Program-made: the position numbers and the translations under genes
In this document: in pieces, positions 58,362 to 64,000 of the stretch
How positions within the stretch are numbered: the stretch's first letter is position 1
How the letters are laid out: each line of letters opens with the position of its first letter
Assembly (NCBI GenBank): GCA_018267095.1
Contig: JAFDZC010000017.1
Location: forward strand, 142,431-206,430
From: Bacteroidota bacterium
GTDB lineage: Bacteria > Bacteroidota > Bacteroidia > Flavobacteriales > Flavobacteriaceae
Direction: 5' to 3'
Length of the DNA stretch: 64,000 nucleotides
The notes under the pieces: generated by a model
Told to the model about the DNA's origin: nothing
The model's input: only the letters and a program-made list of their open reading frames with translations
The model's database searches: none

Positions 58362-58408
58362 GTGATTTAATTTAAAAGCCGCCGCAACTTGTACGGCGGC
58401 CTTGTCTA

Positions 58409-59317
58409 TTAATAAATTGCTCCGATAGCTCTTGAGTCAAAAGGCATTGCAATAAAGTAATGTCTGTAATTCAAAAGATTTGTTTGCGCTTCAGGATCAT
58501 TTGCAGCATTTTTAAAATACTGCTTAGTCATTCCTGTTTTCTTTGCAATTTGGCCTGTCCAAAATGCAAAAGACCCTTGGCGATCTCCGGCAGCCTTTAC
58601 AGCTCCAAAGGCTTTTTTCACGCCGGCTGAAGTGTAGAGTGGGTTTCCATTGTACTGAAACAACTCAAAACCGGCAACGACCGGAGCAGGTTGCCCAGTA
58701 TTATAGTTAACCAACTTGTCTCCGAAGTTCTTGCGGTCAACAAGTAAGTCGTTCCAGTGAGCTGTAGAAAGAACAAGTCTTCTGCCCTCAGTTGGTACCT
58801 CGGCAGTATCTAAGGCATCTTTCAAATTAACCAAATCCTCATAGGTCAGAGAGTTTGGTCCCCCTGAAATTCTAGGTGTACCAGTTGCGGCAATAACCGG
58901 AGTCAATGTCGCATTTGAAGCAGGAGCAATTGCATGCGCAGCTTTGTTGTACTTTTTGTTTCCAATTGCAACGGTGTGTGACTTGGTTGCAGGATCAATG
59001 ACATCGTACGAAGCGCCAATAATCTTATCATCAGAGATAGATGTTGGCTTAGTTTGATACTTGTCAAGAGAAACAACTGTTTCATCATCCGTATAAGCCT
59101 GAATTGCTAAAGGATATGCCGTGTTATTGACTAACACGTCAGGATTGAAGCTTGTACGAGGAAGATGAATTACATTCATTTCTGAAGCATCTCCTGAGCC
59201 CATCTCAACAACTTGCGTGTCAAGTTCCGGAATTCCGTCCAACCAGGGCGCGACATTTTGGTTGGTTAAGATTTGGCGAACTCTATTCAACCAAACTTCT
59301 GCAAAATTTGCTGGCAT
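58409..59317 (-). CDS. Major capsid protein
   Basis: 302 aa after the protease; VP..GRRLVL, AGFELF, NYRHYFI. Confidence 0.75.
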   Translation of the reverse strand: MPANFAEVWLNRVRQILTNQNVAPWLDGIPELDTQVVEMGSGDASEMNVIHLPRTSFNPDVLVNNTAYPLAIQAYTDDETVVSLDKYQTKPTSISDDKIIGASYDVIDPATKSHTVAIGNKKYNKAAHAIAPASNATLTPVIAATGTPRISGGPNSLTYEDLVNLKDALDTAEVPTEGRRLVLSTAHWNDLLVDRKNFGDKLVNYNTGQPAPVVAGFELFQYNGNPLYTSAGVKKAFGAVKAAGDRQGSFAFWTGQIAKKTGMTKQYFKNAANDPEAQTNLLNYRHYFIAMPFDSRAIGAIY

Positions 59318-59328
59318 CTTTTTTAATT

Positions 59329-60309
59329 TTAGTTAGGGAATAATTTTTTGTATTGCTCTGGGTTGTTTTCTTTGAAAGTCAACTGATCTGCAAGAGAAAG
59401 GGCAACAAAGTCATCTTGTGTTTTGACTTCGATTGAACCAGGATTTGAAGTATCAATCCCCAAAGTGAAATTTTGCTTTGCCGGAATTGCGCCAATAGTC
59501 ATGTCAAGAGCAGACTCTGAGCTTAAACCTAATTGAATCATTTGTTCTTTTTGGTCCGCCTTGAATTTGCCTTGGCTGATAGCTAAATCAACTTTTGAGG
59601 TAACTCGTGTTTTAGCCTCCTCTGCGCGTTGATTTTTTTCTTGTTCAGCGGCTAATTTGAGTTGCTCATTTTCTTGAGTGACAGTAGTTAATTGAGCTTT
59701 AAGACTTAAAATCTTTTGCTCTAAAACCCCTGAATCAAGGCCGTCTTGTGGTTGGTCTTCTAAGCCTAAGGCCATAAGCGCCGGAATGCTTAAAATGATT
59801 TTTTTCATGTCTTTAGTTTTAAAATTGATTTTTTCTAAATGAGTTTTTTCGGCACTTAATGTTAGCTCCTTAACTTGTGTGTCGGATAAAATGACACCGT
59901 CAGCGCTGTAGATAGCAATTGAACCTTTGTTTGATGGAACTGGAATAATGGTAACTTCTGCAAGTTCTGATTCCATTAAAACTAGTTTATCACCAAGCCT
60001 TTGTAGAGAATCCCAATTTGGAATGATGCCCATGCTGCACCCCTTTAAAAAGCCCCTTGATACTTTACCAGATACATCTTTGCCTAATTGGCTTTCTTCA
60101 TCAAACTTTGGCTTACCTTTTAAAAGGCCATTTTCTTTAACAACATCATACCAACTGCCGATAAGATTTTCAGTTGAGTTAATATGATTATTGAGCATAA
60201 CCGGATTTTCATTAAATCTCTCGAGTTTTATACCAGAGGTATTAATGTAAAAACCGTAGGAGTTAATTACATTCTCGTCGTTAAAAACAAAATGTTTTGG
60301 TTCTGACAT
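59329..60309 (-). CDS. Prohead protease/scaffold
   Basis: NSYGF, NPVML.NH, GFLKGCSMG, L.EVTI..VPSN; coiled-coil C-terminus. Confidence 0.85.
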   Translation of the reverse strand: MSEPKHFVFNDENVINSYGFYINTSGIKLERFNENPVMLNNHINSTENLIGSWYDVVKENGLLKGKPKFDEESQLGKDVSGKVSRGFLKGCSMGIIPNWDSLQRLGDKLVLMESELAEVTIIPVPSNKGSIAIYSADGVILSDTQVKELTLSAEKTHLEKINFKTKDMKKIILSIPALMALGLEDQPQDGLDSGVLEQKILSLKAQLTTVTQENEQLKLAAEQEKNQRAEEAKTRVTSKVDLAISQGKFKADQKEQMIQLGLSSESALDMTIGAIPAKQNFTLGIDTSNPGSIEVKTQDDFVALSLADQLTFKENNPEQYKKLFPN

Positions 60310-60498
60310 TTTAAGTTAAATTACATTGGCACTAAGCCCTTTTGAGATGACAAAGTTTAGTATTTGCATTTCAAGTAAAAAACAAACATTCGACAGTCAA
60401 ACAATTGTGTTTGTTTTTATTACATAGTTGTAAAGCCGCTAAACGCTTAATTTTTTTTAAGGTTGATTTAATTCAACTTTGAAGTCAAAATTTAAGCT

Positions 60499-61050
60499 AT
60501 GGGCATCCGAAAACAAGTTGAGCATGACTTTGCAAAGCAGCTGTACGTAAATGAGTATTTGACACAAAAAGAAGTGTCAGAGCGCGTAGGTGTGCCCGAA
60601 AAAACCATATCAAAATGGCGCGATAAAGGAAACTGGGACACTCTGCGCACATCAATGTTTGTGACAAAGGATGTTCAGTTAAAAAAACTCTATGCTCAGC
60701 TTGACTCTATTCAAAAGGATATTGAAACTCGGCCAATAGTTAGAGACATCCCAACATTTTTACTCAAGCCCATCAAGGTTAAAGATTCAGACGGAAACGA
60801 GTCGCTTGATTATCCAGAATACAAAGCAGAGGATTACCCAATTAAAATTGGAAACTTTCCAAACTCAGCCGATACCGATGCAATTTCAAAAGTAGTTGCC
60901 GCCATCAAGAAGTTGGAAACTGAAACCAATGTGGGCGAGGTGATTCAGGTTTGCAAAGGCTTGATCCAATTCATTCAAGCAATTGACCAGCAAATGGCCA
61001 AAACGCTTACAAGCTATTGTGATGCCTTTATTAAAGAAAAGTTGAAGTAA
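60499..61050 (+). CDS. Small terminase-like (Mu gp27/DUF1804-like) HTH protein
   Basis: AKQLYV...TQKEVSERVGV.EKTISKW...GNWD. Confidence 0.75.
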   Translation: MGIRKQVEHDFAKQLYVNEYLTQKEVSERVGVPEKTISKWRDKGNWDTLRTSMFVTKDVQLKKLYAQLDSIQKDIETRPIVRDIPTFLLKPIKVKDSDGNESLDYPEYKAEDYPIKIGNFPNSADTDAISKVVAAIKKLETETNVGEVIQVCKGLIQFIQAIDQQMAKTLTSYCDAFIKEKLK

Positions 61051-62573
61051 TGGCCGCAAAAAAGTCAAATAAACAGCTTTTAGTTGATTGGGATGAATTC
61101 AAAATAAATGTGTTCAAGGCAACTCCTGTAGACTTAAACGAGTCGCCCACAGATAAAATCAAAAGAATTACCAAGCTTGAGGCAAATCCAGAGCAATGGT
61201 TTAAGTATTACTTTCCAAACTTTTACACATCAGAACCGGCACCATTTCATATAAGGTCAACCAAAAAAATACTTTCAAATCTTGAATATTTTTTGGTGCG
61301 GTCCTGGTCGCGTGAGCTATCCAAGTCCGGTCGTACAATGATGGAGGATTTATACTTGGCCATGACCGGAAAGAAAAAGAACTTTTTGGAGGTATCTAGC
61401 AGCTATGACAACGCAGTACGATTGCTGCAGCCTTATAAAATCATACTCGAATCTAACAATCGTTTGATTAATGATTATGGCGAGCAGCAAAGCATTAACA
61501 ACTGGGAGGCCGGAGAGTTTGTTACTAAGTCAGGCGTATCTTTTAGGGCCATTGGTGCGGGTCAAAGTCCACGTGGTACTCGTAGAGATGAAAAAAGGCC
61601 GGATAAAATCAATATTGATGATATTGATACCGATGAGGAGTGCAGAAATCCCGAGAGAATAAAAGCAAAACTTAAATGGATCATGGAGGCGCTCATCCCT
61701 ACACGTTCAATTTCAGAGCCTTTGCAAATCGTTGTCAACGGTAACATCATTGCAAAATATTGTTGTGTAACTGAGCTTGCAAAGTTGGCCGACTCACATG
61801 AAATTGTAAACATTCGCGACAAAGACGGAAAAAGTACTTGGCCGCAAAAAAATAGTGAGGAAAACATTGACCGAGTTTTAAAAACAATTTCGTACAACTC
61901 GGCACAAAAAGAGTACTTCAACAATCCTGTTGTTGAAGGAACTGTAATCAAAGATGTGCACTACGGAAAATGTCCACCGTTGAAATTTTGCGAGGATGTT
62001 TTGATTTATGCCGACCCGTCTACTTCAAACAAAGATCGTGGCAGCGGGTCAACTAAATCTGTGGTTGTTTTAGGCCGATACAAACACCAATACTTTGTCT
62101 ATAAAGTTTGGGTTGACCAAATGAGCAATGCGCGCTTTGTGGAGTGTTTGTATGAGGCTTACCGGTTATTGGTGTCAAACAATGTGGATATCAAAAGAGT
62201 TTTTGTAGAAAATAACTCATTGCAAGACCCGCATTATGAACAAGTGCTCATGCCGTTGATTCTTGAAGTTGGGAAGCGTTCCGGATTCATTATCCCAATT
62301 ACACCTGACAGCAGAAAAAAGCCCGATAAGTTTCATCGAATAGAGGGAACACTGGAGCCGCTTAATAGGCTTGGAAACTTGATTTTTAAAGTGTCTGAAA
62401 AAGATGATCCAAACATGAAGCGTTGCCACGACCAAATGCTTGGAATTTCTGAAAAGTCTAAAATGATGGATGCTCCGGATTCAATCGAAGGAGGCATTTG
62501 GATAATGCAACAAAGAGTTTTACTGCGCGATAACAACTATGTAGCCGGGCTTAGAAGTAACCGAAAATATTAA
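61050..62573 (+). CDS. Terminase large subunit (Mu gp28-like)
   Basis: WSRELSKS, AIGAGQSPRG, RPD.I.IDDID, YADPS, DAPDSIEG. Confidence 0.9.
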   Translation: MAAKKSNKQLLVDWDEFKINVFKATPVDLNESPTDKIKRITKLEANPEQWFKYYFPNFYTSEPAPFHIRSTKKILSNLEYFLVRSWSRELSKSGRTMMEDLYLAMTGKKKNFLEVSSSYDNAVRLLQPYKIILESNNRLINDYGEQQSINNWEAGEFVTKSGVSFRAIGAGQSPRGTRRDEKRPDKINIDDIDTDEECRNPERIKAKLKWIMEALIPTRSISEPLQIVVNGNIIAKYCCVTELAKLADSHEIVNIRDKDGKSTWPQKNSEENIDRVLKTISYNSAQKEYFNNPVVEGTVIKDVHYGKCPPLKFCEDVLIYADPSTSNKDRGSGSTKSVVVLGRYKHQYFVYKVWVDQMSNARFVECLYEAYRLLVSNNVDIKRVFVENNSLQDPHYEQVLMPLILEVGKRSGFIIPITPDSRKKPDKFHRIEGTLEPLNRLGNLIFKVSEKDDPNMKRCHDQMLGISEKSKMMDAPDSIEGGIWIMQQRVLLRDNNYVAGLRSNRKY

Positions 62574-62577
62574 GATT

Positions 62578-63033
62578 ATGTTTATTGAAAAAGATGACTT
62601 AGGATCTGTTATTTATTCCTACCAAATTGAGGATATCACCGAGGGTGATGACAACTTGGTCGCTCAAGCATGCGCGGCAGCCATTGAGGAAGCAAAGAGT
62701 TATTTAACGCCCAATATAAAAACAAAGCAGTCGTTTGATGGCCGCTTACTTTATGATGTGGAGGCCATTTTTTCAGCTGAAGGAACCGACAGAAACAGTT
62801 TGATTTTGCAACACTGCGCAACCTTGGCAAAATGGCACTTGGTTACCCTATGTAATGCCGATGTAATTTATGAGCAGGCAAAAGACAGATACGATCGAGC
62901 CATCGACTGGTTTACTAAAATTGCCAAGGGAACAATCAATTTAACCGGATTGCCACAGCTAACTATTTCACCTGATACAGAAACCGCAGAGGCTTTTTAT
63001 AGCGGATCTAGAACAAAATTTATTCACGAGTAA
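62578..63033 (+). CDS. Mu gp36-like (DUF1320) head-tail protein
   Basis: AIEEAKSYL, YDVEAIF, RYDRAIDWF..IAKG. Confidence 0.85.
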   Translation: MFIEKDDLGSVIYSYQIEDITEGDDNLVAQACAAAIEEAKSYLTPNIKTKQSFDGRLLYDVEAIFSAEGTDRNSLILQHCATLAKWHLVTLCNADVIYEQAKDRYDRAIDWFTKIAKGTINLTGLPQLTISPDTETAEAFYSGSRTKFIHE

Positions 63034-63034
63034 A

Positions 63035-64000
63035 ATGGATTTAAAAAAATACATACCATCTGCTTTTGGCGGGACATTTACCCTAGCGGCCAAAGAGAAA
63101 ACGATGACCAAACAAGGTACTTCATATATAAATACCTTGGTTGAAAAAACCGTATTTCAGACCCGAAAAGACATCAAGCAGTGGAAAGACGCACTTGATT
63201 TGGCCGCGAATGTTGAAACCCCAAAAAGGTACGCCATTTATAACATCTACAAGGATATAATGCTTGACATGCATTTGCAAAGTCAAGTAAATAACCGCAT
63301 GCTCAAAAGTTTATCACAATCATTTATTTTCAAAGATGCAAGTGGTAAGATAAACCAAGAGCTCACCGACTTGTTTCAAAATAAACGGGTTGTCTATATG
63401 ATCAACAAGGCCATATTAGAAAGTGTTTTTTATGGTCATAGTTTGGGTGAGCTTGACTACAAAAACAATGAGCTTGTTTTCAACGTAGTTCCTCGTACAA
63501 ACGTTGACCCGAAAAAAGGTTTGATTTATTATGACTATACAGATGATGGAAAAAAAGTTGAGTACCGAAATGTCAATGAGTATGGATCTTGGCTTATCGA
63601 GTTTGGAGAAAATGATTCTCTTGGGCTTCTTAATGGTGTGGTCCCTCATGTACTTTTCAAAAAATTTGCTCAGTCGTGTTGGTCGGAACTTTGCGAAATA
63701 TACGGCATTCCGCCACGTGTTTTAAAAACAAATACCCAAGACCGAACACTGGTTAGCAGAGGTCAAAAAATGATGCAGGACATGGGCTCAGCGGCTTGGT
63801 TCATTATTGATTCAACTGAATCATTTGAATGGGCCAAAGGCGTTAATACAAACGGTGACGTTTACCAAAACTTACTTCACTTTTGCAACAATGAAATATC
63901 AATGGGCATATCCGGAGCCAATGTGGGGCAAGACACCAAAAACGGTTCTAATTCTAAAGAGCAAACCTCTATCAGCATTTTGCAAGATTTAATTGACAGT
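63035..64000 (+). CDS. Portal protein (Mu gp29/DUF935-like), truncated by the window end
   Basis: ATG at 63035, frame open to the end; RKDIKQWK, DMHLQSQ..R, W.E.CEIYGIPPRV.KT, NEIS. Confidence 0.85.
   Translation, partial: MDLKKYIPSAFGGTFTLAAKEKTMTKQGTSYINTLVEKTVFQTRKDIKQWKDALDLAANVETPKRYAIYNIYKDIMLDMHLQSQVNNRMLKSLSQSFIFKDASGKINQELTDLFQNKRVVYMINKAILESVFYGHSLGELDYKNNELVFNVVPRTNVDPKKGLIYYDYTDDGKKVEYRNVNEYGSWLIEFGENDSLGLLNGVVPHVLFKKFAQSCWSELCEIYGIPPRVLKTNTQDRTLVSRGQKMMQDMGSAAWFIIDSTESFEWAKGVNTNGDVYQNLLHFCNNEISMGISGANVGQDTKNGSNSKEQTSISILQDLIDS

Larger units (their letters stand above)
42213..64000. mobile_element. Mu-like transposable prophage (contractile tail), late half; continues beyond the window
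   Basis: Mu gp27/gp28/gp36/gp29-like genes, protease, capsid, lysis genes, sheath, tube, tape measure, baseplate; TG terminus with 22-bp-spaced repeats. Confidence 0.9.

Noticed and set aside
1-64000. tRNA/rRNA genes, integrase, transposase, DGR reverse transcriptase
   Set aside because: None recognisable by eye; the prophage transposase presumably lies beyond 64,000.

Overview
Flavobacterium-type chromosome segment (gldF/gldG, TAnnTTTG promoters) in three parts. (1) ~1-31,100: an integrase-less accessory region downstream of mnmE, almost all on the minus strand. It holds small lipoproteins and a DUF6266 gene, then a ~12 kb AT-rich defence operon (Type ISP/IIG-like RM pair, AbiC-like, GIY-YIG, GmrSD, an RNase H lacking catalytic Asp residues, UvrD-nuclease). 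After that come a modular non-coding repeat array, an NRAMP transporter, an AraC remnant, and an 11-gene locus with three signal-peptide-less lipase-fold enzymes plus lysis-cassette-like envelope proteins. (2) ~31,150-42,200: mostly core genes (mnmE, USP, LipL32-like, dnaN, gldG, gldF, SAM hydrolase, phoH, purC, ankyrin). (3) ~42,213 to window end: the late half of a Mu-like transposable myoprophage, apparently inserted in the 3' end of the ankyrin gene. At the position where Mu carries mom, it has a structured leader/antisense RNA and an operon of a 43-aa ORF, a -1 frameshift-fused ABC-ATPase/GNAT and a formyl-THF-dependent enzyme, a candidate novel DNA-modification system. All family calls come from motif recognition by eye; no searches were run.
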